This document shows, piece by piece, positions 1 to 11,868 of a DNA stretch of 64,000 bases. The notes under the pieces are model-generated. The model was not told the DNA's origin, ran no database searches, and saw nothing but the letters and a program-made list of their open reading frames with translations. The translations under genes were made by a program, and so were the position numbers. The first letter of the stretch is position 1, and each line of letters begins with the position of its first letter. The stretch comes from Babesia bigemina (lineage: Eukaryota): assembly GCF_000981445.1 (NCBI RefSeq), contig NC_027216.1, forward strand, positions 806,001 through 870,000, read 5' to 3'.

Positions 1-532
1 AAACGTACTTGAACTTGATTTCGAGCCATTTGTAGTAGGGAGGCTGGCTCTTATCATGTGGCTGGTACTTGCAGGCATAGTTGATGCTGAAGTTGTGGGG
101 ATCCTTGGCCATGATGAGGGCGTTGATGGGATACTTGACCTTCACGAAACTGCCTGTACCCCGGTGTTTGCTCGTCTCAATCTGCAACATGGTACTGCGC
201 GAAATGTTACGCAGCAGGACTTCCTTGGATATGGCCTCTTCCAGGTCATCACCCTCGAGCGGCAGCAAGGTTTTAGTCATGGGGTCGCTGGGGTACAGCG
301 TAAACTCTCCCCCGAGCGGCGTGCCGTCATCGTTACCGCAAACGATATTGGCTTCGTGGGGCTGACCTAGGGTCACTCTATCCAAGGTTACCTCATACTT
401 GATCGAACCGCTTTTCCCGGTGAATATCAGGGGCGGGGCGGGAGGCCTACCATGCGGCGTACGAGCAAACGCATTTTCTACAGCGCATACGCACGCCAGA
501 GCTGCACCTACAAGGACACTAAACCACATCAT
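1..532 (-). CDS. 6-Cys (s48/45-domain) secreted protein, 5' part (runs off the left edge)
   Basis: Reverse complement of 9523..10054 (position x pairs with 10055-x). ATG at 532 gives the same signal peptide MMWFSVLVGAALACVCA. Shadow ORFs 56..370 and 81..365 are identical to 9685..9999 and 9690..9974. Confidence 0.85.
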   Translation of the reverse strand, partial: MMWFSVLVGAALACVCAVENAFARTPHGRPPAPPLIFTGKSGSIKYEVTLDRVTLGQPHEANIVCGNDDGTPLGGEFTLYPSDPMTKTLLPLEGDDLEEAISKEVLLRNISRSTMLQIETSKHRGTGSFVKVKYPINALIMAKDPHNFSINYACKYQPHDKSQPPYYKWLEIKFKYV

Positions 533-580
533 TTTGGTGAAGCAGACACAATCGTAAAAGGAATCTTCAATGAATACGAA
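1..580. repeat. Left arm of inverted repeat (partner 9475..10054)
   Basis: Near-identical by direct comparison. One mismatch seen (568 vs 9487). Identity ends about 48 bp upstream of the ATG. Confidence 0.95.
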
Positions 581-3500
581 ATGAATCTGAAGTTTGTCAC
601 TGACCGCTTAAAATATTTACTTCTGATTCGCCGATCCACACAAACTGCGGTGTCTATGGAACATAATGCCACATGCAGTTTCAGCGATGTTCATGTCCAA
701 ATTGTATTAGAGATCGCTTTTGCACACGTATTTATATTCACGCCCTTATGGATGGGTGCCATGCGGTATCTACAATCTGATCGCATTGCCATGTGACAAA
801 ACTGATCGTTATTGATTTAGAATATGCAGAATAACGTCAAAAGTGGTTTGTGTCCCGTATATTATCACTAATGTATTGCATTGCTGGGTGGCACCATGCA
901 ATGCGGTCCGAATGCTTTAGCATAACTGATAATCTAATGCTGTAGACTTATAGCCGGCTTTATGCTGCAGCGTCTATCGTATTGTGCTAATATGAAAGTT
1001 ATTGGGAATGAAGGCTCGTGAACTGTAAGGAAACTTGTCAAGACTGCATTTTGTGAACACAATTAGCAATAAAAATGGATGGAAGGAGCCACTACGTGGT
1101 TATTGAAAGTGGCACGTTCTATTTGAATGATGCGTTCACTACGTGTACACATTATATTGTAGGAAAGGAATGGGGAATAGCGATCAATATTTCAAGTAAT
1201 GATGCCTTCGCGTGAAGTCCAACTCTGATCCGAGATAATATATTCATTATGTAAAGCCCATCCGTTACTACTAAAGTACTGACAAATAGTGTGTAATGAT
1301 TGTATATGAAACATGATAACTATGCATTTTATTAGCGTAAGGATTACGGTTACTATACCGCCATTAAATTCGACTTGGCGACGCTTACAACATTTACATG
1401 TACAAACCAACCATATTTTACAACTCCAGCAACCAAACGCACATCCACGCGTACGTTGTGTATGCGAAGGTTTTCACAATCACAATACGTGCCATTCCTG
1501 GGCATTAACAACTCTGCACAGCTCTAAAAAACGGAACCAGGACGTAATGGCAGTTGGACATGCGATTACTTAGTTGAGACATACACAATAGGTTTTGAAT
1601 GACTCTATTAGTGTTTAATGTGTAACATGTATAATACAAATGCTTTTACGGAAGCTCTGTTGAAGCTGCGTGGAACTGTGAGTAATCATTTACCACCACG
1701 CACTTCATACGTAATGGTTATTAGTTACACTCGATATATACTACCATTATGAGCCGTGTTAGAACTGATAAAGGTAACTTGTGCCAGTATAAGTCGCTAT
1801 GTTGTATTACTGGCGCAGGGTAAAATTTATATAACATGCGTATCGTAATAATTGGAAACTCTGCCATATTATGGGTTGTAAATATACCACTCAAAGTCTG
1901 GGACTGGTCATTGTCTCCTTATATTTAGGTTGGACAACACTAAATGGTTAGACCTGAGTATGCAATAAAACGGCACCATCGATGGCGATACTCTGGAAGT
2001 TGCCAACCTTCGCTCAACTGATGCTATTGTTTAACAATTAAAACGCAAACCTTATAATTAGTTTCCGTTTTCTCTAGACGATGTAAGCTAAATGTTTTGT
2101 GGATTTGTTATGCATTGGTTTCGCCTCATATCCATGATGGATCAGTCTGCTTCTAGCAGCAACGAACCCTTAGCAATCCCAATCAAATATAACTGGATAC
2201 ATTGATATATCTTGTCTCTTTTGGCGTTATAAATGTTTTAAACCTTGGTTTTTATACCCATTAATCATGTCCCTCAATCGGGATGCGACTGTAGCAAGTA
2301 GAACAATGGTACGACACCTTTACCAAACTAACGCCATGTACCGTTTCTTTACGTTAAAACGTTGTATCATCCACTATTTATAACCGTTTTATAGGTTAAT
2401 ATCATTTTGCATTTGCAAATCCACAACAATGGCAGTGGCACTGTTCGAATTAATATGCAGCAGTCACGATCACGTAAACGGTTAAAAAATATCCTCACTG
2501 ACGACACAATTACCAACAAATTAGAAGCCATTCCTCAACACAGCGTTGCTTATTTTGTTGAATTGCCAGTACGTGAACTGGTACACCTGTCGGCGGCTGC
2601 GAATTGTAGCTGATGTGCGGCATTTATAATTTGCTAACGTCTTATTTTATATGACACTGTTCTAACTGTATTCTGTATACATGGTAATACCATTAAATCC
2701 TCCTCTAGTTAATTCAACAACACTACAAATGGGAGCCTCATATAGAGACCAACAGCGACCAACGCTACGCTGTTAATGGTAACACAGTTGGAAAAAATTC
2801 ACTGACTATAACTTAAAGTTTGTGAATATAGGTACTGTACTGGCATGTTAACTATAAAAACATATAAAACTCCGAACAAGGAGATGGTCGCCTTCTCGAT
2901 GAGTGCTGCGCCGTCTAAATCAATGCCAAGGTATTCGACTTATTACAACCGTAGATGAGACGTGCAAATCAACGCTATGAAGTGTGATGCCAAACACGCA
3001 TATGGTGGTAAGATGATTTACGAGAAGCAGTGGATGCCAATTGCTATTTTGATTTGCATCCATAATTGTTGTGTCAGGATAGGTATACGTGGGAAACCTC
3101 TGCATCATAAATCTATGCAGATCATAGAGGCGGTGAATGAGAATACACTGGTGTTTAATCTGTATGCAAAGATGGCCACGTTTGGCACTATTTATTCATC
3201 TCATAGTGCACGTGATACATACGAGGTTCGCAGGAAAATTAATGCATAAGTTGAAAAGGTCATAACAATGAGTTGTGAATGGCAATGACACAAAGTCACT
3301 TTTATATGATAACGGGACTTATGAAGGTGCAATTCGATGGCCATATGTTTTGGTATAAGATACGTATTTTAGAATACAACTTGGCGTGGCACGCCGGTGC
3401 GAAAAACGCAGGCGTAGGACCCTTTTTGTTAATTACTTTTTGGGAAATGTGAAAGTTGCGTTAATATCAATGCGTTAGGTTGCTATGAATGCGAATTTCT

Positions 3501-5094
3501 GGTAAACAAAGTACACTGAACTCGCCTGACAACTCATCGCCTTTTTACGCTGCTATTGCTCTAAAGCGTTGAACGATTTAATATGCCCAATTATAGGCAC
3601 ATTTATCACACACAAAGCCGTTACAGCTATAACATAGTAATCAAAAAAACACTGTCGACCCGAATACCGAATAGACGCGCGGAATCGTAAGCTGGCTGTT
3701 GTGCATGATTTCGGCATCACAACAGTAAATATGGCCTTTTTAATTACAACAACCATGTGGACAAGTTATGATTTACAAGACCGTGCCCATATAGATTGGT
3801 AAAATAGAAGAAGTGAGTGAATGTGGTTAATGCTAGGTTACCAGTATTACATTCGCTGAGGCATTTGTGTACCCGTGCCGACATGCGTGCAATGATTCAA
3901 ATAGATGATACGACGATTCAAGGGGGCGTATTGCACATTTATTGCACACCGACTGCATTGATGTGCTTGCATTCCGTCCAAGCAATTCATGCTGCAAGGT
4001 TTCCACACACTGAGCAACCCAGCGTAGCATGAAGACTGAGCTAGGGATCCAGATATATAACACACATTATTTGGGATGCTTTTTTGGAGGTTTAGTTACC
4101 GTTATGCGCATGTTTGACACTATCAAAATGCGGTAATGACGGCAAAAGATCGATGGAATACGACGAAGAAGTTATGTTCCGTTGAAGGCACGCTAATCTA
4201 TATTCACAGGAGCCACTGTGATGTAACGGATTCCCTTGCAGTTCATCAAGACATATTTTGATGCCTTTGACAAAATGTGTGACCCTGCTGATTTGTATTA
4301 GACGCGGTATCGGTGCCACCAAGTTTGGGACGAAATATGTGCGATATAAATCTGGACGATGTTCTTACAAACCAGCGTTCTACTCCAAAATCTGCGTGTC
4401 GTAAAGACGCAAATACACGGAACACCGCTTGCGTGTAGTTTCTGCTCCGAAGCACAGTGGCGTGCTTGATTCACCGACAATCGATGATCGCGGCTTCGCC
4501 CACAAGCGTTTGCAACGTATGTAAACTAATGTAGAGTAACGCCCGGTTGTCATGTGCTGACAAGCGCTAGAAATAATTGTCTCGTCCACTGAGCACAAGA
4601 AGATTTACGTTAATCACGGAAGACAGTACGAGGAATGTCTGCCTTCCCCATGTGACTGCAGTGTTGGTAACGAACAAGCTCCGCAAGACGCTGCGGGCTG
4701 TATATAAAACTGTCATCGACCCATCGTATCATTTTTAACATTCGAGTGTCACCGGAAATTGTGCTAACGTCTCTGCGTTCCGTATGTGCGATTTTGCGTT
4801 CAACTTGTCTACCCAATGACTCGCGTACTGCATGTCACGTTTGTGGTGTGGAGCTGTGTAAAACACACACCTTTGTTCTCAACATATTCCAACTGCCGCC
4901 TATACGGCACACAGAAGGGGATTTGTAAACTGTAATTAGACACGCAACCCTTAGAAGGCAACGCTGCTTGCGTTATGCTCCCCCCCCACGAATACAGCTG
5001 TTTAAATACGCGGTATATTTCGTGAGCTACCTTACAAGTAGGCAAAACATTCACTAGTTTATAGAAGTCGGCCGATTTAGAAGTTCTTCTCACA

Positions 5095-6111
5095 ATGGTC
5101 TACAATGCGTTGACTGACATCCCTCGTAACCTTAAGGAAGGTATTGACTGGTTGCTGGCCCTGAAAGGAACTGATTCTGAAAATAACATGACGGCTTTGG
5201 GTACCGCTATTCACAAATTTCTTGTAACCAAGCCTGTCGGATTCATGCAGGTGCCAGCACTGGAGAACGTTAAGCAAATTTCCAAGGAATTTATGGAGCA
5301 AGAGGAAATTAAGGGTCTTTGGCCGATAAGTGAGCTGTTGGAGAGATTTACTAAGCCTATGGATAAATCGCCCGCTGTTTTCTACAGCAAGTTTAACGTT
5401 GATGAAAGCGATTACAGTAACGTCGTTGTACGCCGTGGTGTCAAACCTGAAGATATTGCAAAAGATATTTCCGAAGTTGTAGACGGTTGTGAAAAGTTTC
5501 TGGAAGAAGTAAAAAAACCCGACCAGTACGAATCTGCTTACAGTGCAGAAGCCACGTGGGAGGCATCATGTTCCGAAAACCCGGAAGATTGCGCAGCGGT
5601 ATTCGTGGGGATTGCGCCCATGTTGTACGCAGGTCTACGTTCTTTACGGAAGGCGAGCAATAATGAGCAATTGAAGTGCCTGCGGTTGTATAAAACGGGT
5701 TTTAGTTTGGAAAAGGTATTGGATGCCATGGGTTACAAGGAGGCAGATCTTAAATCTAACAATAATGGTTCATACATCTTCAAGGCGTTGCGAAGTGTGA
5801 GCTTCCGAATGTTGGTGACACTTTACGATCTCTCCGGGTTCTGGGCTTTCTATGAAACGGACACACCTGTACCTGGAGGTGCATTATCCGCAGAATCTAC
5901 ATTACGTGCAAAAGCTCGCGAATTCTACATGGGCGAAAAGAAAAAGTATGGAATACCAGGGGTTGACGTTGACATGGGTTTGGTGAATGCCTGGAATACT
6001 AAAACATATCATAATAAGCGTCCCAAAATCTCTACTGCTTCCGCTACAGGCAACTTCCAGTCTCCTGGTGCGCCCACAGTGGCGAACTTGGACGCTGCTA
6101 GCCCATTTTAA
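5095..6111 (+). CDS. VESA1-related (ves-like, short/ves2-type) variant antigen family protein, 338 aa
   Basis: N-terminus MVYNALTDIPRNLKEGIDWLLALKGTD and motifs YESAYSAEATWEASC and CAAVFVGIAPMLYAGL match Babesia VESA1-like N-terminal domains. Single exon, no obvious TM. Confidence 0.8.
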   Translation: MVYNALTDIPRNLKEGIDWLLALKGTDSENNMTALGTAIHKFLVTKPVGFMQVPALENVKQISKEFMEQEEIKGLWPISELLERFTKPMDKSPAVFYSKFNVDESDYSNVVVRRGVKPEDIAKDISEVVDGCEKFLEEVKKPDQYESAYSAEATWEASCSENPEDCAAVFVGIAPMLYAGLRSLRKASNNEQLKCLRLYKTGFSLEKVLDAMGYKEADLKSNNNGSYIFKALRSVSFRMLVTLYDLSGFWAFYETDTPVPGGALSAESTLRAKAREFYMGEKKKYGIPGVDVDMGLVNAWNTKTYHNKRPKISTASATGNFQSPGAPTVANLDAASPF

Positions 6112-9100
6112 TGCATATCATGTTTATTCATGTAGCTAAGGACTCTTTCTTTCAATAAGTTTGTTAATTATATGTTGATGTGTAATACTTCTTTGTCGTG
6201 TCTACAGCCCATTATACACATACCAACCGATCTACCTAGTAAACAACCTTGTAGATATCGTATTAAAAATGTAGTCAGCGTATTAGTGGCCGAGATGTAG
6301 GAATAACTGCTGTGACCCCGTCGCCTCGGAAAGCGCTAGAAATATTTGATACTCCATCTGGATTCCTCGGGAGTACAATCGCCAATGCGCCAATTGCAAT
6401 TATCAACCAATACATTTTGCAGGGACACATAGATAAAGGAGGGTGAAGTGGGAGCACCTGGTGGAGAAGGAGTTCAACTGTAGCACCTTTTCAATTTGTT
6501 GCCCTATGTGTTGAGGAACATTAAATCGAGCTAATACTATTGTTCTGTTAATGACCCTTGTTGCCTAACAGGGTGTATGCCCTCATGGGTGGCACCAGTT
6601 ACGATCGGCGACGTACCGACGTGAATCACGCATCCAACAACAGCGTGAGGCGGAAGCCCCGTAACGCCTAAAACCGGGCTTAGGCACGTTGCCACATAGC
6701 ACAATATAAAATGCGAGAACATAACAATAATAACAGATTACCATTTTAACCAGCCATGATTAACTAGGCAGTGTTAATTATCAGGTGTAAAAAGGAACTC
6801 ACTGTCGGTACGTGATGTTGTGATGAGACTTTGTGCTGCTACTTCTGTGTACCTGCGTCGCCGTGCATACAACGGTCAACATTAATGATATGTAGAATTA
6901 AGGTCAATATAAGACATCGATAGACGTGTATTAATTGTCGCGCTTGTACTGTACCCAGGTAATTCATGCTGCGGTGGATTCACACACTAGGCCGCCCTTT
7001 CACGCGAGGTCGCAGATAGACACACCGACACACTTCTTCTAGCCTCTCATACAATTATTAACGTTTCTCACACGCGCCTGGGTGACGGCCTAACGCCTCT
7101 CCAATAGTGCAGGCTCTGATGCACACCAACTCACCCTTCATAGCCCATTGTTCTTACGCGATTACTCACACCGCGCCACAAAGTTGAATGCAGCTCAATT
7201 ACTTAACGAACGCTATTATAAGTTTACCCTGTTGTTGCCGGTTATGTGGGCTGCGTGATGTTGGATGCTGGAAGGCAGCGTTGAGGGCGCACGGCTGTTA
7301 CGATACACTTCACGAACGCAATGCAGCGACAATACCTTCTCTTAAACTGTGACACAAGGAGTGCCTACGCTGTCACCTTGACGTAACGATTTCTGTGGCA
7401 CTAGAGCTCCTTCTAACAGTCATTCATCCTTGCAAATAGTCTTCAGGCGAATACGGATCTCCAACGCGGCGAGAGTATGCATTATCTTGCGCTTCGTTAC
7501 GACGCATATAAGTTACATGATTGCCAGTAGATTCAGTACTAATGCAAATCAGTATGCTACGCGATATAATAGCAGTGATTTCAATTGCGATGATATCATC
7601 GATTATATAACCGACGATACGAACAATCCAATGACATATGCTACACTCACCTAAAAGTGATATTCCTATTAGATTATACAAATTCATGCGCTTGAAAATC
7701 ACGACGATGGAAATTAGGGGAAGGAGAGGCAGACATTCCTTCATTGCCAACTGCTGCTGCTGCTTCACATCCCTTCGCCTGCACTATTCGGTGTACTTGT
7801 TACTAGTCGTCAAATAACCCATTTTTAGATTCCTCGCAAGCGATTCCATCTAGCGTTTATTCCTTTGAGGAGCCATTTCGCAAACTAATTGACCACGGAT
7901 GTATAGCTGAATGATTTCTCGTAACATAGAAAGCCACCCGAACTGTCGTACACGTGGGCTCTCGAAATGTTTTTCCGACACTAGCTGTTGTCAAATACAC
8001 GTGGTGTTCACGGCTAACACATCTGTTGATGCGTTATTTTATCAGCGGAAGTCGAACCACATAACACGCACCTGTAATGAAAGATATAAGAATGCGAATT
8101 CTCCACTCAGATTGCCCTTGGTTGCACGAACGTTGGATATTTTCGAGGTTTAGAATAACTAAGTAACTAGGTTTGCGGGGACTCACGAAGTGCCTGATAG
8201 GGTGCAATCTGGGGTTACGACTTCGAGGCTTATCACGATGCTGACAATAAATGCCTGTGACTGCGTAATTCAGTTAGACAAAGGCCACCAATAGACATAT
8301 ATTCGCCCATATAGGGTGAAATCCAGACGGTCTATCCACCCACTCCCACCGGTCGCCCAACGTGCTCAGGCACCGCCGCAGTGGTTGCTCACCCAAATCG
8401 GGGGCTCAGTGAAGTCCCATTGTAGGTGCCGTATTCTACTCTTTGTTGCGTGTTTATGGCATTGCCGAGGTTTCAAAATGCGAGCAGCGATGCAAACCTC
8501 CAAATTGCATCTTCCCGATGCCTGCGGTAGACAATGCCCAACTAAGTGGTTGTGACAAGTAATCCCACAGCACAGTCTTTACAGGGTCCACGGCCGTTCA
8601 CGCTAGTTACAAAAAGCTACGACAACACCAGAACATGTCGTTCGAATGGCAATTACAATTAGCACATTTCATGTAAAAACTATGCATACTATAAAACGAA
8701 TATTAAATATAAAGGCACAGATTCTTAACTCTAGGAGTTTCCGCTCGTACGTGCACCAGGCTTAACGACCGGAAATCATAAACGGACATATGCAATTAGC
8801 ACTCCGGAGACGAGGATATCAACTAATAAAACCTATTGGAGACATTGTTGTTCAGGTATGAAAGTATGAAGACCTTTTGATGTATCTCCTCGTGAAACAG
8901 TAAAAACAACATAAGGCTATCAAAGTGGCGCCTTTTGTTTTCAGGCACTTAGTTAGCAGTTAATATTACCAATTTCAGAGTTACAATCGTACCAACACCA
9001 GATACATAACACTAATTACGCTCGGCAATCGGACGACGTGGAACTAGGCCGCTAAACACGAAAATTGAATCATTTCAAATGTTCTCATCTGTCATATTCA

Positions 9101-9276
9101 AAATAACGAGAAGCAGACAGCCAGCCCCGTGTCACCTGATTATAGCATGATTCTAATCGTTGATGTATGGATCAGCAATCACTTGTGTACTTCCATCAAT
9201 TCCAATCACGTGAATGTATGGTGAATGTAGAAATCTTAATCACATCACATCCTGGAATTTATCTTGTTCATCCCAT

Positions 9277-9297
9277 TATATATATATATATATATAT
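9277..9297. repeat. (TA)n microsatellite upstream of the 6-Cys gene
   Basis: About 10 uninterrupted TA units. Confidence 0.9.
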
Positions 9298-9474
9298 GTA
9301 TAAATATAATGCAACAATACGACAGACTCATCGATTCCTGGGATTAAGTAAAACCGTCTAAGACAGGGACTCGAATGAGCCTCAATACTCAACATACATT
9401 AACTGCATTAAGAAACACCGAATCACGCCCACTGATGAATCACAGATAACGAATTTCACTAACACCACTCAGGC

Positions 9475-10054
9475 TTCGTATTCATTAAAGATTCCTTTTA
9501 CGATTGTGTCTGCTTCACCAAAATGATGTGGTTTAGTGTCCTTGTAGGTGCAGCTCTGGCGTGCGTATGCGCTGTAGAAAATGCGTTTGCTCGTACGCCG
9601 CATGGTAGGCCTCCCGCCCCGCCCCTGATATTCACCGGGAAAAGCGGTTCGATCAAGTATGAGGTAACCTTGGATAGAGTGACCCTAGGTCAGCCCCACG
9701 AAGCCAATATCGTTTGCGGTAACGATGACGGCACGCCGCTCGGGGGAGAGTTTACGCTGTACCCCAGCGACCCCATGACTAAAACCTTGCTGCCGCTCGA
9801 GGGTGATGACCTGGAAGAGGCCATATCCAAGGAAGTCCTGCTGCGTAACATTTCGCGCAGTACCATGTTGCAGATTGAGACGAGCAAACACCGGGGTACA
9901 GGCAGTTTCGTGAAGGTCAAGTATCCCATCAACGCCCTCATCATGGCCAAGGATCCCCACAACTTCAGCATCAACTATGCCTGCAAGTACCAGCCACATG
10001 ATAAGAGCCAGCCTCCCTACTACAAATGGCTCGAAATCAAGTTCAAGTACGTTT
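9475..10054. repeat. Right arm of inverted repeat (partner 1..580)
   Basis: Direct sequence comparison. The true extent may continue beyond the window edge. Confidence 0.95.
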
Positions 10055-11313
10055 ATCCCATGGCATACGGATGTGAAAGTGGCAACGACATGCTATTCAA
10101 GAATTCGGTTCCATATAATGGACATATTAATGACGTTAGAATATCTCTTTGCCGTTTAAAACCGGAACCTGGAATGATATTTGGAATATATTGCAAACCA
10201 CATGAGCAAGTTGTGCCTCCAAACTGTTTCACGGACGATCAAATTGCGGAACTTGACAACGCAATAACTCCCCTACTATTACCAAACTTAGAAGTATCGG
10301 ATAATCCCAAATACACCGTGCCTGCGAGACTGAAACTATTCAGAATATCGGAGAATGGCCTCAATAAGGATCTGAAAATGACATGTCAGTGCAAGGGCTT
10401 CGGTGGTATTAGTGCTCATCTCTCTTTAAGCTATGTGGTGGATGAGGTCGTCGATAGCGTCAGTTACATGGGAGATAAAAGTTTAGATCCAAAATTTAAA
10501 ATTCATTTCCAGATGCACACCATGGAACCTAATCATACGTATAAAATACTTGTTCCACCAGAAGGCTGGTTTAAAGTCGGAGAGTTAGGTTCCGTTGGCA
10601 CAAGATTAGCGCCAAAGCACCCTGACATCAATACATTCAATGCTTCACCTATGGGACCCAACCATGCCACAAAGCTGACAGACGTAGTCGGTTCGAAAGG
10701 ATTTCAGTTGACCAAAAAAAAGAACGGAAAACTCAGGGAGTTTACTATGAATTTCCCCAAAGACGCCCCACTGGTTTTGAAAAAGGAGATGCCCTTCATA
10801 TATTACGATTGGGTACTTAAAAGAAAAAGTGGGCGTCGGCCAGTAGATAAAAACCTAAGGATTCTTTATAATATAATCCCTACTGATCCATTCACGTACG
10901 GTTGTGGTGTGGACAGCCGTGATATGTTCCGAAAGAAAGGTTTCGAGCTGCATCAGGGGAAGCACGAATACGAGACAGTGTGCAAGATAAACCCGTATGT
11001 GTTGAGTCCCGTCGGGTTTTATTGCCCCAAGCACTACACTTTGGAGCCCGCTGGCTGCTTCGGCGAGATGCTGCATACGGAGTCTGGCCGAGTTGTGAAC
11101 CTGGCTGACTACGCACCGCACGCGAATCCGATAAACAGTGCGAACATCCGTGTGTTGGATTTCCACGTACCCAAGAGTATGAGACGCCGCGTCAAGTACT
11201 CTAACGACGAGCTCTCGTGCCGGTGCCTCGACCCCGACGGAAGAGTCCATGCGTCGATCACCCTCGATCTGCGCCAGCCGATGACCGATGAGAACCCACC
11301 TGCCGTCAAATAA
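9523..11313 (+). CDS. 6-Cys (s48/45-domain) secreted protein, 596 aa
   Basis: Signal peptide. Two s48/45-like Cys patterns: YGCES..C..GIYCKP..PPNCF..CQC and YGCGV..VCKIN..VGFYCP..PAGCF..CRC. No C-terminal GPI/TM stretch. Confidence 0.85.
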   Translation: MMWFSVLVGAALACVCAVENAFARTPHGRPPAPPLIFTGKSGSIKYEVTLDRVTLGQPHEANIVCGNDDGTPLGGEFTLYPSDPMTKTLLPLEGDDLEEAISKEVLLRNISRSTMLQIETSKHRGTGSFVKVKYPINALIMAKDPHNFSINYACKYQPHDKSQPPYYKWLEIKFKYVYPMAYGCESGNDMLFKNSVPYNGHINDVRISLCRLKPEPGMIFGIYCKPHEQVVPPNCFTDDQIAELDNAITPLLLPNLEVSDNPKYTVPARLKLFRISENGLNKDLKMTCQCKGFGGISAHLSLSYVVDEVVDSVSYMGDKSLDPKFKIHFQMHTMEPNHTYKILVPPEGWFKVGELGSVGTRLAPKHPDINTFNASPMGPNHATKLTDVVGSKGFQLTKKKNGKLREFTMNFPKDAPLVLKKEMPFIYYDWVLKRKSGRRPVDKNLRILYNIIPTDPFTYGCGVDSRDMFRKKGFELHQGKHEYETVCKINPYVLSPVGFYCPKHYTLEPAGCFGEMLHTESGRVVNLADYAPHANPINSANIRVLDFHVPKSMRRRVKYSNDELSCRCLDPDGRVHASITLDLRQPMTDENPPAVK

Positions 11314-11868
11314 GCTTTGGCGTCAAACCTGGTGACAGGAAACATCATTTGACGTACAGTAATATGGTAGTAACAGCAATTTCACAAACTAATAGGTGAT
11401 TGATGCTTTAATGGCACCAAAAAGTTGCATATAGCATATAGTATGCGTCTTTATTTGATTTGCGATACTTTAATGCATTTTACATCCGCATAGAATAAAA
11501 TACCAGCAGTATGAACGTGCTGTGACCTGCTCCACAATCAAAATTGTGAACCAATATGCATTCTATCAACAAAGCACTTCATTATAAGAAAGTATACTAT
11601 TAATTACAGATTGAATTCGGTTGTAGTTCTGAAATCATCATTACCATTCATGCATAAGACATTTCACGCGAACATTCATGGCCCCCAAAACCTCTATGAA
11701 CGCTCGTAGTCTAATATACGAATATGTCAGAACATGACACCCGTATTACTATCTGCTCGCTAGCGATGATCTATCGTTGTCATCACAGTTTCAGTTGACC
11801 GCTGCTGTGGATATCTAGGTAGCATATGTAAGGTCTAGACATTCGGTAGTTTACTATTCACCTGCTCA

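Noticed and set aside
4240..4740. Protein-like fragments (FIKTYFDAFDKMCDP, KLRKTLRAVYKTVIDP) suggesting a pseudogene
   Set aside because: Short, stop-interrupted and not assignable to any family by eye.
7103..7789. 12-bp inverted match GCCTGCACTATT
   Set aside because: Several 12-mer matches are expected by chance in a region of this size.
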